Below are positions 1 to 13,440 of a stretch of 64,000 bases of DNA, in pieces. The translations under genes and the position numbers were made by a program. Positions within the stretch are counted from its first letter, which is position 1. Each line of letters starts with the position of its first letter. The notes beneath the pieces were generated by a model, which saw only the letters and a program-made list of their open reading frames with translations, made no database searches and was not told where the DNA came from. This stretch comes from Mobula hypostoma (Eukaryota), in contig NC_086097.1 in NCBI RefSeq assembly GCF_963921235.1, positions 182,220,001 to 182,284,000 of the forward strand, read 5' to 3'.

Positions 1-129
1 GGAATAGTGCAGGTATATCAGGATTTCAATTGCAAGGAGTGTTTGGGTCGCAGAATGACAGGAAGGTGCCTCGAGAAGGGGAGTGGGTGCTGGTGGAGCC
101 AGAAGAGTAGTCTAAAACTTCCTGAAAAG

Positions 130-300
130 ATCAGTCCAGTCAGAGTGTGGACTGGTGAGGGGAACAGAAAACACGTTTGCGTGTTCCAAGGTCTTGTACT
201 GTATCTGCCCTTCCAGGTTTCTCACATTGGAGATAGCAAACATTGCTGAACACCTCATTCACTTCTGGAGACTGAGTCTTTAACAACTTCTCCATTGTAC
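130..300 (+). pseudogene. Highly decayed PLE GIY-YIG endonuclease remnant
   Basis: Frameshifted SKVLYCICPSR / HIGDSK / IAEHL resembles TGVIYCVRCSR..YIGETR..FAEHL of the intact PLE. Confidence 0.5.
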
Positions 301-379
301 TTCTCCCTGTATTTGACCTAGTACGCTGTTGCAGATCGGACCTCAGCCTCCGACACTTCAGAGAAAACAATGTAAGTTA

Positions 380-545
380 TATGACCGGTCCTTATAGCTA
401 ATATCCTCTAATACAGGCCATATCCTGGTGAACCTGTTCTGCAGCCTCTTGAAACCCTTCACAATCTTCCTGTAATGCAGCAACCAGAACTGCACACAAA
501 GTTCCAGATGTGGCCAATCAAAGATTTATACAATTGCAGCATGAT
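380..545 (-). mobile_element. CR1 fragment
   Basis: Decayed LIRPHLE-CVQFW-type segment (LYKSLIGHIWNFVCSSG) on the minus strand. Confidence 0.65.
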
Positions 546-714
546 TTCACAATGTTTCTGCTCAATGGGAAGGTAGAATTTGAACCTGATAAACGTGAGG
601 TGATGTACTCTCTGAAAATCAATGATAGGATATCCATAGTGTATGATAGGCTCCTTGGTGGTATTGGGGTATGCAATGACCTTAGTGTATTGAGTCCATG
701 GATCCCTGAAGATG

Positions 715-1200
715 TCAGCAAAGATCAATAAAGTGGTGAAGGATGGTGTGGGAAATTTGCCTTCATTATCTTGAGGCACACGGAATATAAGAGCTGGGAG
801 GTCACGGTGAAACTTGATGAAACATTATTTGGGTCTCAGTTGGTGTGTGTTGTGCAGTTCTGGTTGTCACACCATAGAGTGGATACGGCAGTGCTGGTGA
901 AGGTACAGTGAGAGACTGGATGGGCTGGGGTTGTTTGGAGGACATGGGTATGGGAGGTAGTTCTAAAAGTGTCCAAAGGATAGAAAACCAGAGGGTATGG
1001 TTTAAGGGTTAGGAAGTTTGGAGGGAATAAGTCTTTTGTTTCTCCCTGAGGTGGGCTGGAATGTGGACAACACTGTCTGAGGGGTGGTGGAGACTGACAC
1101 TCCCACAGCAGGGGAGAAGTAGCTAAAGGGGCACTTATCAGCAAGGCAGGGTAGGCTACAGATGGAGAGATGATAAAATGGAATTTAAGTGGTATTTCAA
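715..1200 (+). mobile_element. CR1 3' fragment
   Basis: TTGTGCAGTTCTGGTTGTCACACCATAG and AAAACCAGAGGGTATGGTTTAAGG match the other CR1 copies in the window. Confidence 0.7.
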
Positions 1201-1280
1201 TGAGGACTGTTCTTCTGTTCCTGTCTGTGTGTTACTGTAGTTCGTTCCAGTTATGTGTTACTGTAGTTCCCATTATTACT

Positions 1281-1916
1281 GTCTGTGTGGAACCATATCT
1301 GTCTGTTCCTGTTACTCGTGTGGGACCATATCTCCCCTTGTTCCTGTCTGTGAGGGACTGTATCTCCCCTTGTTCCTGTCTGTGAGGGACTGTATCTCCC
1401 CTTGTTCCTGTCTGTGAGGGACTGTATCTCCCCTTGTTCCTGTCTGTGAGGAACTGTATCTCCCTCTGTTCCTGTCTGTGAGTGACTGTATCTCCCCCTG
1501 TTCCTGTCTGTGAGGGACTGTATCTCCCTCGGTTCCTGTCTGTAAGGGACTGTATCTCCCCCTGTTCCTGTGTGTGAGGGACTGTATCTCCCCCTGTTCC
1601 TGTCTGTGAGTGACTGTATCTCCCCCTGTTCCTGTCTGTGAGTGATTGTATCTCCTTCTGTTCCTGTCTGTGAGGGACTGTATCTCCCCCTGTTCCTGTC
1701 TGTGAGGGACTGTATCTAACCCTGTTCCTGTCTGTGAGGGACTGTTTCTCCCCCTGTTCCTGTCTGTGAGGGACTGTAACCCTGTTCCTATCTGTGAGGG
1801 ACTGTGTCTAACCCTTTTCCTCTCTGTGAGGGACTGTGTCTAACCCTTTTCCTCTCTGTGTGGACTTTATCTCCCCCTGTTCCTGTCTGTGTGGGACTGT
1901 ATCTCCCCTTGTTCAT
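1281..1916. repeat. Minisatellite, ~31-32-bp unit TGTTCCTGTCTGTGAGGGACTGTATCTCCCC
   Basis: About 18-20 tandem copies visible directly. Confidence 0.95.
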
Positions 1917-2414
1917 GACTGTAGCTCATGCTGTGGCAGTCACCTTTACTTATACCTCCATTCTGTGGTGACTGGTGTAAGCAGTCAGGTAATTATCAGC
2001 TTTTGCTGGGAGTGTTTAGTGGAACGCTCGGCTGGTGCATTTCATGTCTCGGCAGCTTTGTCCTGGTCCCACCGGACTTGCTTGGAGTTAGAGGTGGAAA
2101 GATTCAGACATGAATTCCTAGAAAGGTTAATTAGTCCAGAGGAAGGGAAAAAGATGAGAAGAGTGCACGGGAGACTCTATTTTCAAATCAGAGCTCACAA
2201 ACAATTAACCTTTAGAACAAATGTAGTTTGTGTAGGAGGGGAGTGGGTGATCCATCAGAGGGATGTGACTGGGAACATTTTTCCTAATGGTTAAAGACCT
2301 CTCCGGCATATTTAGATTCTTGGGTGGTAAACTGATTAACCCTTTCCACACCTTGACCATTGACAGCAATTCAGGGGACAACTGGTGAGTGTTGAGGGGA
2401 GAGTCATCCTGGAG

Positions 2415-3510
2415 AGATGAATGGAGCACATGGCAGTATAGGAAGATACTGGCATGGACAGAAGATTGGATGATTGGCAGAAGGCAAAGAGTGGGAATAA
2501 AAGGAGCCTTTATTGGCTGCCAGTGACTACTGGCATTCCTCAGTGGTCAGTGTTGGGTCTGCTACTTTTCACATTATACATTAATGATCTCAGTGATGGA
2601 ATTGATTGCTTTGTGACCATGTTTGCAAACAATACAAAGACAGGTAGAATGGCAGATAGTGTTGAGGAAGCAGGAAGTCTGCAGAAGAACGTGGCAAGAT
2701 TAGGAGACTGGTCAAAGAAGTGGAAGATGGAATACAGTGCACAGAAGTATATGGTCATGCACTTTGGTAGAAGGAATAAAGACAAAGACTATTTTCTAAA
2801 TGGAGAGCAAATTCAGAAATCGGAGGTGCAAAGAGATTTGAGAGTCCTGGAGGCTAACATGCAAGTTGAGTCAGTAATAAGGAAGGCAAATGCGTTGTTA
2901 GCATTAATTTTGAGAGGACTAGAACATGAAAGCAAAGACGTAATGCTGAGGCATTATAAGGCAGTGGTCAGGCCACGTGTAGAGCGTTGTGAGCAGTTCT
3001 ACATGCCATATCTAAGGAAGGAGTGCCAGCATTGGAGAGGGTCCATAGGAGGTCGGCGAGGGTGATCACAGCAATGAAAGGGTTAATCTATGAGGAGCAT
3101 TTGGTAGCTTGGGGCCTGTACTCAAGGGAGTTCAGAAGGATAAGGCTAGGATCTCCTTGAAACCTACCAAATAGGGGGGATCTCATTGAAACCTACTGGA
3201 ATCTGAAAGATCTAGGAAGAGTGGATGTGGAAAAGATGGGAGAGGATAGCAGAGCTTCAGAATTAAAGGTCATCCCCTTAGAACATAGATGAGGAAGAAC
3301 TTCTTTAGCCAGAGGGTGGCGAATCTGTGGAATTCATTACCACAGACAGCTGTGGCAGACAAGACGTTGAGTATATTTAAAACAGTGATGGATAGGTTCT
3401 TGGTTAGTAAGAGGGTTGAGAATGGGGTTGAGAGGGAAAATAAATCAGCCATGAGGGAATGGCAGAGCTGACTTGATGGGCTGAATGGACTAATTCTCCT
3501 CCTCTGTCTT
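2415..3510 (+). mobile_element. CR1 LINE 3' part (RT C-terminus + 3' UTR)
   Basis: ORF 2454..3065 GIPQWSVLGLLLFTLYINDL..MFANNTK..VMHFGRRN; ORF 3289 MRKNFFSQRVANLWNSLP. Confidence 0.9.
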
Positions 3511-3534
3511 ACTGCCTTACAGTCAGAGGGCGAA

Positions 3535-3845
3535 CAGTGTGGGAGGGGCAGTGAAGTTATGGGAGAGGGTGAGGATTTGGGAGGGAAGGAGGGACGGTGT
3601 GGGAATGGCAATGAAGTTGTAGGAGAGGGTGAGTGTGTGGGAGTGGCTGAGGATGTGTGAGTGGCAGTGATGGTGTGATAGGGATGGAGGGACGGTGTGG
3701 GAAGGGCAATGAAGTTGCGGGGAGAGGGTCGGTGTGTGCAAATGTGTGAGAAGTGGTGATGGTGTGGGGGAAGAGGTTGAGAGTGTGGGCCGATGTTCTG
3801 CAGTGAGTGGAGGGTGTGCTGGGGGAACGGGTAGGTGGTGCAGAG
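3535..3845. repeat. Degenerate G/T-rich tandem repeat (GTGTGGGA-based)
   Basis: Recurrent GGTGTGGGA..GGCAATGAAGTTG blocks. Confidence 0.7.
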
Positions 3846-5949
3846 GTATGGAGTCTAATCTCCGGCATTGTCCTGTCACACACTGAAGACACTACCTATC
3901 CACTGTGTGTGTACACCCTCACTCTGTGTACACCTGCCTTGCATTTACACCTACGCTGTGTATACACCCCTCATGCACACCCATGCAGTCTGAACCGCAG
4001 CCTAATTCAGATAGATGGCAGTGCTAAGGCTGTGCTGATGTTCTGCTGTCTGCTGAGCTCTGGTCGATACTCTGGGGAATGTGTTGTGTGTATGTGTGTG
4101 GCAGTTCCAGCTCTCTCACAATGGGTCAGTCGTCAGCCTGGGTTAGGGGTTAAACCAGCCCATTGATTTCTTTTCACATTGACTGTACAGATTAAAATCT
4201 CTTGATATGAAGATGCTGGCTGACATTCAGTGTGACAGCAGTGGTGTGTGCTGATAAGGAGTGTGCGGACAACGGTTGTTCACCTGCCAGGCAGTTCCCC
4301 GGGGCTGACTGGATGTCGCGTTTATATCTGGGAGCTGTCCGATAAACTCACTCAGAAGATTGACCAGTGGCTGGCACTGGCTTGATGGGCCCAATGGCAT
4401 TCCTGTATGTTGCACCCATACTGTGAGCTGTTCCTCCCAGAGTGTAGGTTTGGCGATACAGCACTGTACAGGCCTATATTCTCACTCCCTGTACAACCAT
4501 CATCCCTTGTGGCATCTTGCTATGTAATATGGCTGCTGTTACTGGTTACAGTGTTTCAGACTGACACAGTGCTTGGGTCCAGTAAGGAGGGCTGACAGTG
4601 CTGTGGGACTTAAGTTTAGGTGCTGGCAATGGGCAGGGTGAGCTGAGGACGATACTGATGCCGTCTGCAACATCTGCACTGATTGAGTCATCAGCCAGTG
4701 TGTTCTGCCTTGACATGAGGCCTGTGATCCTGTCTTGACGTAAGATTTGTGGTGCCTTGCTGTGAGGTTTGTGGTTCTGTCTCAATGAGGTTTGTGTCCC
4801 TGAGGGTCTGGTCAGGGCTGAGAATTGGCTACTGGAGAACTGGTGGTTCTGTTAGTGTCGAAGCAACAGGGCAGGTGGGTGCAGAGGATAGACACTGCTC
4901 AGCCTAGTACTGCCCAAGTTAACGCAGGTCAGTCCTAATAGTCCAGACCAGACCAGACCAGACCAGCCCAGCGCTTTACAGTTCAAACTAGCTCAGCCCT
5001 ATCCAAGGTACCCTAGGCACTGTCTGCCCTGTCCTACCCTGCCTTTAAGCTTCAACTGGTCAGGCTGTGGTGGGATTGGCCGCTCTGGTTTCGGTTAAGA
5101 GCAGCAGATGACCTGTGCCAGTCTGCATTACGTACAACTAAAATTCTTCACCAGAGGCTGCCGATGTGCTTTAAGCAAGTTGATGACTTGGTCTGGTAGA
5201 AAGACTGCGGATTACATGGAGAAAGAGCAGTCAGAAGCATTAGTGGTTAAGCCTCATTACTCTACTCTGTGTATAATGGTGTTAACACAACGTGAGGTCT
5301 GAACAGAGTTGTGGCTCATGAATTCCTGACAAAAACCTCTGGCCGCCTGATGCCAATTTGGGAGAAACCTTCTTAAGTAACTGAGTGACTGTTGTGCCCC
5401 CACCAAACTACAATAGAGATGAGAGTCTGCAGGTCTGGACCAGAGGGACTGATGTTCACCCAGGGAAGATGAAAGGTTCCTGAACTCCAGGAGGTGAATT
5501 ACTGAAGCTGCAGATGTGCAGCAGAGTGTGGCATCGGTCGGGAGCTGAATAGGTGAACAATTAGCACAGGAGTGGCTCTTAAAACTTGCAAGCTTCACCT
5601 AGGTGTAGATCAGGTATGGTCAGGTTCAGACAATGTGGTTCTGACTGTGCTGACCCTGAATCTTGCTATACCAAATGTATAAATCGGCAATTTATTCAAA
5701 AAGTTCCCTTGGGTATTACACGAACACAGGAGCAAGAGTCAGCAGCCAAACCTGCACCATGTGGTCATGGCTGATCCATTCAGGTCTGGTCTTGAGGAAC
5801 AGTGTATGACCTAGAATGTGAACACCTAGTCCTGTCACCCATCAGCCACAGATTTTGGACCATACTCATACAACACCACCTCTGCTGTCCGCTCATTTAT
5901 TTTGTCATTTTTTTTATTCAAATAAAGGTGCTAAGCTTTGACTTTTTAT

Positions 5950-7330
5950 AGATTGCCCTGATATGCCGCATACTTTTGCCTCAGTCTGTTACACTTTGCT
6001 TGTCAGTTTCCCCCTCTCTGTCCTGTGCACAACTCATTTTCTCTTGACTTATTACATCTTCTGTATTTGTTTCTCTCCCCCCTGTGAGGCCTTGTGTCCA
6101 ACTTTGGTCCCTGGTCCCAGCAGGATTCAAGTGAAGCCCATCCCAATGGGACAGCTCTTTCCTTCCCCTAAACGCATTTCTCTCACAACAAGCTTTGAGG
6201 ATTGTGCTTCCTATTTTCAGTTTAGCTCCAAGTTCTTCACAATTCCTCGAATCTCCTTTCATACCCCACCAGTATTTTTTGGACCACAACAAATGAATCC
6301 TCCCCCTTCCATTCCAAGTTATTCTCCAGACCAAAAGAGATGTTCTTAACCCTAGCAGAAGACAGTCAACACAACGTTTGGGATGCTGTCTTAGCTGCAG
6401 AGGAATTCTCCCTATAACCTGGTGCTACGGACAGTTTATCACCCTCCCTGCAGTGAGCACTATCATCCACACAGGGGGCAAGAACCCCATGCTTATGGGA
6501 CAAGACTATAAGACTGTAAGACATAGGAGCAGAATTTGGCTACTTGGCCCATCGAGTGCTCTACTATTTGATCATGGCTGATTTCATTTCCTTCTCAACT
6601 ACATTCTCTTGCCTTCTCCCTGTAACCTTTGACACCCTTACCATCAACCTCCACTTGAAATATACCAAATGACTTTGCCTCCTCAGCCTTTTGTGGCAAT
6701 GAATTCCACAGACTCACCATCTTCTGGCTAAAGAAATTCTTCCTCATCTCTGTTCTAAAGGGACTTTCTTCTATTCTGAGGCTGTGCTCTCTGGTTCTTG
6801 ACTCTCCCACGATAGGAAACATCTTGTCCATGTCTAAAGCTTTCAATATTTGGCAGTTTTCAGTGGGATTCCCCCTCCCCTCATTTTTCTGAACTGCAAC
6901 TGAGTACAAGCCTCGAGCTATCAAACATTCTTCATGCATTAACTCTTTCATCCCTGGATCACTCTCTTGAACCTTCTCTGGACCCTCTCCAATGTCAGCA
7001 CATCCTTTCCTGGAAATGGGGCCCAAAACTGCTCACAGTACTCCAAATATAAACTGGCGGCCAATATCTTACAGAGTCTCAGGCAAGGGGAATGGCTGGG
7101 GCTCATCTGGAACTATGCCCCAGACCGCTCTGCAGTCACACTATCCTCTCCCTGACTATTTACCATAAATATTCACCCACCTTGGTTTGTCCTGAGATAC
7201 CATGTCCAGGCCAGTCTCTCCTGTCACAGTGTTCAGAGCTCAGACTCTAGCTCATCAACTCAGAGCCAAAGTTACTGGAGTGGATGTGTTCACTGTTGGG
7301 GTCCATCAACTCCCACATGTTGTAGCTACA
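5950..7330 (-). mobile_element. CR1 ORF1 (esterase-like) remnant interrupted by a CR1 3' fragment at ~6515-7080
   Basis: HWDGLHLNPAGT (ORF 5981..6334) matches the DGLHL motif of the CR1 ORF1 SGNH domain. The nested piece encodes MFPIVGESRTREHSL..MRKNFFSQKMVSLWNSLP. Confidence 0.7.
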
Positions 7331-7559
7331 ACATGTCAGCTAGACCAGCCATCTCTTCTAATTATCAGTTTATATTAGATTTCACCACTTCAAAAATGCA
7401 GGAGTTGCTCACATTGATGTGCCCTGATTTAAAATACTTGATCCATCAGAGTAGACAGGAAATAAAAGAAAAATAATTGAACAATCACCCGGCTGCTGAC
7501 CTGTGACCTCACACGTAGGCACACACTACACAGAGACAGGCTTTTCAGCTCACAGAGTC

Positions 7560-7870
7560 TGTACCAACCCACATCCACCCATTTACACCAATCATACCCT
7601 AACCCATTTTATTCCCTGCATATTCCCATCGACTACCGTTCCCACCCACTTCTCCCCCCACCACAGATTGTACTCCCAACTGCACACTGGAGACAATGTG
7701 CAGCAGTGAATTAACCCACTAATCCACACAGCTCTGGGATGTGGGCTGAAACTTTGTGTTCAGAGAGTTACAGGAAGAATGTGGAAACCCCACACATGCA
7801 GGTGATCAGTTTGGAAAGTCAAGTTACAGGTGTGATATATATACTATATGGTGGGGTACTGAAGAACAGT
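7560..7870 (-). mobile_element. Decayed V-SINE (HE1-like)
   Basis: CAGGAAGAATGTGGAAACCCCACACA and GGGATGTGGG..AAAC resemble the reverse V-domain seen at 31625 and 53732. Confidence 0.5.
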
Positions 7871-7959
7871 GCCCATTGTGTAATGCCCAGTGACTGATTA
7901 CTGGCAGCAAAAAAAAACAAAACTACTAAAAACCTTATTAATACACTTTATTAATAACA

Positions 7960-8500
7960 ATCAACGCTAACAATGGAGAGGTGAGCGGAGCCAGAGGTGC
8001 AGGCGAGGCATGATCAAGGCAGGGTCGAAGCAGAGTCAAGGCAAAGTCACGGTGACCTGAGAGTGAGGAAAGTCCCGATGTCTGATCATTTTAAGCACCG
8101 GACTGAATTGGAAAGGTTGAGTATGGGCCGAAGAGCAGTCCGAGAGCAAGGAACGACCCATTGTTTGGGTGATTTAAGCACCAGACCAGATTGAAAAGGT
8201 CAGGGTGTAAGGCCTGGAGACAAAATGGTGGCTGCTTCTGCGTGCTGCTCCACAACATTTCCTCAGCTCCGCGCTGAATTGAGGCTGTGGCCTTCTCCAG
8301 TGGCAGTGATGCCTGGCTTCATGTCATCTGAAGTTCTGCAACTATTTGCTTGCTTTTATTGTTTGCACAAGTTTTTTTTCTCTCTCTGTTGTTTGACAGT
8401 CTTTTTTAATGGGTTCTTTTGAAGTTTCTTTGTTTTGTGGCAGTCTGTAAGGAGATGAATTTCCAGGTTGCATATAGTATGCGTACTTTGAACTTTGAAT
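7960..8500 (+). mobile_element. Unclassified non-coding interspersed repeat with (ACTTTGA)n tail
   Basis: Internally repeated TTTAAGCACC.GAC..ATTG blocks, a T-rich 3' part, and an ACTTTGAACTTTGAA end resembling a non-LTR tail. Confidence 0.45.
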
Positions 8501-9110
8501 GTTGATAAATAGGGAGACCGAGAGGTTCAGGTCCATAGTTTTTTGAAAGTGGCATCGCAGATAGACAGGGTGATGAAGGAGGTGTATGCCATGCTTATCT
8601 TTTTAGGTCAGCGCTTGGATTATAGAATTGGAACATTACCTTAAAAAACATTCATTATACTGCACTTGAAGCACTGTGTACAGTTCTGGTCACCATATCA
8701 CAGAAAGGATGTGTTTGTGCTGGAGAGAGTGCAGAGGAGATTCACCAGAATGTTGCCTGGATTGGAGAACTTTTTTTATGGGGAGAGATTGCATAATTGT
8801 TTTCCCTGCACTGAAGGAGGCTAAGAGTGACTTGATTGAGGTGTTTAAGGTTATAAGGAAAGATGGGGTGGCTGGTCAGAATCTTTTTTCCCATGGGAGA
8901 GGTATCAAAGACAAAAGTGCATAGGTTTAAAGTGAGGGATTTGTAGGGGATTTTTTTCACACAGAGAGTGGTTGAGATCTGGAACTCACTACCAAAGGAG
9001 GTGCTGGAATCAGATACAGGCATTGAAGGATATGGCCCTCCTGCAATCACATGAGATTAGTGCAGGTGGGCAAAGAGCTCGAGCTGATGACGGGCTGAAG
9101 GGCCTGTATA
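8500..9110 (+). mobile_element. CR1 3' fragment
   Basis: TGTGTACAGTTCTGGTCACCATATCACAGAAAGGATGTG; SDLIEVFK. Confidence 0.8.
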
Positions 9111-10479
9111 ACATGATGAATCAGGATCTGACCTCAGTTACTGGACCTGTGGAAACAACACTGAAGAAACCTTAAAACATCTTGCTCAAAAAATCCCAAG
9201 CTCACCCATTGTCAGTCTACATAAAACCAGTATATCCAGCTCAGAGACAGAGAGTCTGTCCTGACCAGCGAGAATCTGCCTCGGTCCAGCACTACCCATC
9301 TTGGCAGAACACAAGTACCTGATCAAACTTGTCCGTCCAAGTAAATGGTCACACGTTTGCTCCACATTATATACAGATGGATCTGTTTGTTGTTTTTAGC
9401 AGATGATGGTATCCCAACTGAAGATGGCTAAGCTGGTCGATATATGTCCAGACCTTACCTGTCCCAAACACAGACACTTGGACTGTACCACCACCTTGTC
9501 CCGAATACAGATGGCTTGAACAAGCAATTCACAGCCACACTCTTAAACTTGGTCTGCAGGGGAAGATCAGTGCAGCAGGTAGAGAGAAGGCATTACTCCA
9601 GGACAAAACCTCTGGCTGCAGATGGGATGACCTGATGCAATGGGAGGTAAGGGAGGCAGTGTCCCAGACCTGGCCCCAGCCTCTAGTCCTTAAATATGGA
9701 GAACTACATCATCGTTCAAGGAGGGGAGGGGGGTGACACTTGGCAAGTCTGCTGGAAGTACAACAATCTTAAAGTGAATTGGAATGAGAATAATTAGATT
9801 AATGAATGAAAGCCAAGGTGGAATTATTAACATTAATTGCTCCTTGAGCAAATTGATAGAGTTCTTTGAGGAAGAGAATTGATGTAGATCCTTAGAATTT
9901 ATGGCATGGCAAAAAAGCCCAACCTCAGGTTGGTGTCCCTGGTCTTGCCTCCTCCTCAAATTGTCTGTAGGAAACTTGAATCCCTCTTTCTCATCAGCTT
10001 ATCTGTAATTCCCTGAATTACTCCACAGCTCCCTGTGTTAACGCTCCACGCTCCCATCACTGTTTGGCTGAAGAAATTGCTGTTGAATTTCTGTGGGCTT
10101 TTGATGATTCGTATGTGGATGCCCCCCCTCCCCCCCCCGCTTCACTCTGTGCCAGAGTGGAAGGAAACACTCTGTTCAAACTGCTCACTGGATCCTGCCT
10201 CGGGTGCCTCAGTTACTGAGTACTTCATAGTTCAGATCAGGACTGGAGACCAATGGGGGGAACAACGTGGAAACTCCTGGAATTAGGGGAACTGTGCAGA
10301 TATGCAAGAGCCAGAAAGCAGGGGGAAGTGATGAACCACTGTTCAAGCCTTCGTGATACATTAGCAGACTGGGCTTGGTGTACATGCCATTAGCTCTGTG
10401 TGCGGATCAGGAGAATGTACCCCAACGGAGAGTCTGACTGTACCCCCACCTGTAAAGAACATGGAAACTTGATAGATTG

Positions 10480-11660
10480 AAGACAGAACTGGCTTGTCTA
10501 TGCAAGCCAGAGGGTCATGGTGGAGGAGTGTGATTCTGACTGGAGATTTGTGAGTAGTGGTGTTCTACAGTGATCGGTGCTGGGTCCTCTGTTGTTCATT
10601 ATGTATACAGATGATTTGGACAAAAATGCAGATTGGCAAAATTGTGAATAGTGAAGAAGATTTTCAAAGGATATAGATCAATGGATAAAGTGGGCAGAGA
10701 AAAGGCAGATGGTGTTTAATTCAGGTATACCTGAGGTGTTCACTTTGGGAGATCAAATATAAAAGGAAAGTATATCGTAACTGGCAGGACTTTTTTTTAA
10801 CAAAATAATGTATCTTTCAACAACAACATTATCTATCACAAACTAAATTCAAATATTCCCATTCTCATCTGTGGTGCCTAATGGCTCTGGAACACCTCCA
10901 GAGTACCCGTGGACACTGTGTGTTATTTCACCAGGGTTAGCCAGGCACAGATATACCCCTGGAACATTGCCAGGTAGTCAGCTCAAGCAGATCCCTCCTC
11001 TGCCCACCTCTACAACCCCAGAGATAGCTAACTTGAGTAATCCCAGGAACAAGTTCTCTAGGACATCCTCCTCCCTCCCTGCTGTCTCTATACTAGATGA
11101 CCAAATATGAAGAGGGTGGGGTTAAAATGGAACCAGAAGGTGAGGAGCAGCCCCCAATGGCAGGACCCCTTGGGAACATCGATGTATCATGGGATCTTGG
11201 CATGCAAGTTCATAGCTTTGGCCAGGCCACATCTGGAGTTACTGTCAACAGTTCTGTCACCCCATTATAGGAAGGGTGTGGGTGCAGAAGTAGTTCACTG
11301 AATTTGCATGGATTGTATCCGCTATATATAGTGGTTGGACAGACGTCGGAGTTTGTAAAGTTACGAGAGGCACAGATGGGTAGGTCACCAGAGTCCTTTT
11401 CCCTGGGTGGTAACATCAAATTTCAGAGGGCAAGTGTTTAAGGTGAAAGGGGAGAAGTTTAAAGGAGATGCATGATGCAGGTTTTTTTTTTACACAAGTG
11501 TAGCGGGTGCCTCGAGTACATGCAAGGGGAAGTGAGGGAACCAGATACAAAGGTGGCAGGGAATGGAGGGATATGGATTGTGTACAGGCTCATGGGATCA
11601 GTTTAAACTGGCATCATTGGTGACACAGACAGAGTGTGCTGAAGAGCTGTACCTGTGATC
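10480..11660 (+). mobile_element. CR1 fragment split by a Tx1-like insertion
   Basis: AGTGGTGTTCTACAGTGATCGGTGCTGGG (GVPQGSVLG-like) and ARPHLELLSTVLSPHYRK. Confidence 0.8.
10791..11157 (-). mobile_element. Tx1/L1-clade LINE 3' fragment with poly(A) and 9-bp TSD
   Basis: The minus strand reads ADYLAMFQGYICAWLTLVK*HTVSTGTLEVFQSH*APQ, resembling a Tx1 ORF2 C-terminus. T-run at 10791; TGGCAGGAC at 10782-10790 and 11158-11166. Confidence 0.75.
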
Positions 11661-11859
11661 TACGTACCAGTCCAGGCATTGGACAGTGTGTTGAGCTTCA
11701 CCCCAGTGAGAGGCGGATTCTACTTGATGTGGTGATAGTTGTACCCTGATAGGGATTTTGCCCTGAACTCTGACTGTGCACCTTGGCTGAAAGTGGGACC
11801 ATGACCTGCCTGGAGACTGCTGTGCCCTGAATCAGTCGCTCCGAGTTTGCTCCTGCAGC

Positions 11860-12490
11860 AGCTTAAACCTCGCAGCTTTCCCTTGTACTGGCTGAAGTTT
11901 GATGCTGCGTTATGAAAGCTGATGTAAATTCTTTTTCTGATAAAGAGACTGGATGAATAATTTCTCAATGGCGTAATTTTTCATTGATTGGCCCTGTGCG
12001 AAACCTTTCACGGTGGCACGATTCTGTGAAATAGCTTTCAAAAAATGCCAGCCTTTTAACGTCAAAATTATACCACTGTTGATTTTCAATTTGTTTTTTA
12101 ATGTTGCTGCATTGAGTCATTGTGGCAAACCATCAATGTATTTTTTGGTCTATTACATTAAGGAGATTTGGATCCTTTCTCCAGTTCCCCTCCCTCCACC
12201 ACCCCACCCCCCTCCTCTCCAGCAAACCCCCCCCCCCCAGCTCCCTACATCTTTTCTTCCAAGTGTCCCCTGGTGAGAAATGAAAGATTAATTTAGTCTG
12301 GTCTAACAGGCTAATTACCGATACTAATTAGAGCTAATTACTGGATAGACACTGTTATTACTCTGTATGAGAGGAGAGAATTGCGTTTAATGAAATTAAC
12401 ACGGATGGCATGTTCATTTGCAGTGCGGCGCACCACAAGAAATTTAAATCGCTTACAAAATTGAAAATGATGGATCTTAATTCATTTACT
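11860..12490. promoter_or_regulatory. Candidate conserved non-coding element(s)/enhancer
   Basis: No recognisable repeat; dense TAAT/ATTA motifs (GCTAATTACCGATACTAATTAGAGCTAATTAC); CpGs retained. Conservation not tested. Confidence 0.5.
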
Positions 12491-12979
12491 TCTTGTGACA
12501 GTTTTTACTCTGCTCATCACAGTGGTGATGTTTGTTGAGGTGATCCAGCACGGACTCAAGGGCAGTGATACATGGACTCCAGGGACAAAGGTGCATAGAG
12601 CCCACAGTCTGAGATAGAGGTACGCAGACCCCAGGGACAGAGAAATATACCATATATTGAGAACTCACCATCTCTGCACTGTTCCTTTGGGGCTCTGAAC
12701 TCCTGGAGGGGTGGATGTCTCAAACCCAATCCCCTCATTGCTGTAGCCCTGCATCACAGTCTGAGCCCTGAGCAGAGACCTCATTGCCCCTCTCATTATC
12801 CTCCAAGGCCTCAGCTATGTGTGCTCTACTGCCTGTGGTGGGGAGAACTCAGTATCCCGGCCCACCCATCCTGAGACAAGGGCTCCACAAATCCCCCAAA
12901 TCCTGTAAAGGCCACTGCCCCTCCCTCTCCATACACCAGGACAGAGCCCTTCCGTAGCTCCTTCACCAATCTACTACTG

Positions 12980-13286
12980 TCCCAGAGAGTAGAAACCCTC
13001 CCAGAGAGATCCCCCTCTGACCCTCCCAAAGAAATCATGGTCACTCACAGAGAGAGATCTAAGTAACTCTGAGAGAGATCCTGGTCCCCCTCTCCCAGAG
13101 AGATGCAGGTCCCTCCTGTTGAGGTCCATGGCCTTCCTGGAGACATCCCCGACCCTTGCTTGGAGATCCTGACCCTCCAAGACAGATCCCAGTTACTCTC
13201 ATAGAGATCCAGGTTCCCTCTTGTAGAGGTGACCTTGAACTTGAACTCTCCTGGAGAGATCTTGGACCACTACCCCCACTAACCAC

Positions 13287-13334
<48 letters not shown>

Positions 13335-13440
13335 CTCTCTGGAAAGATCCCCGACCCTCCCCAGAGAGATCTCGGATCTTCCTGGAGAGATTCCAGACAC
13401 CCCCTCCCCCCACCTTAGGGATTCCAGACCCCTAGAGATT
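12980..13440. repeat. Degenerate CCCAGAGAGATCC-type tandem repeat with (CA)n microsatellite at ~13290-13331
   Basis: Recurrent AGAGAGATC/GGAGATCC motifs; CA run of about 21 units. Confidence 0.75.
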
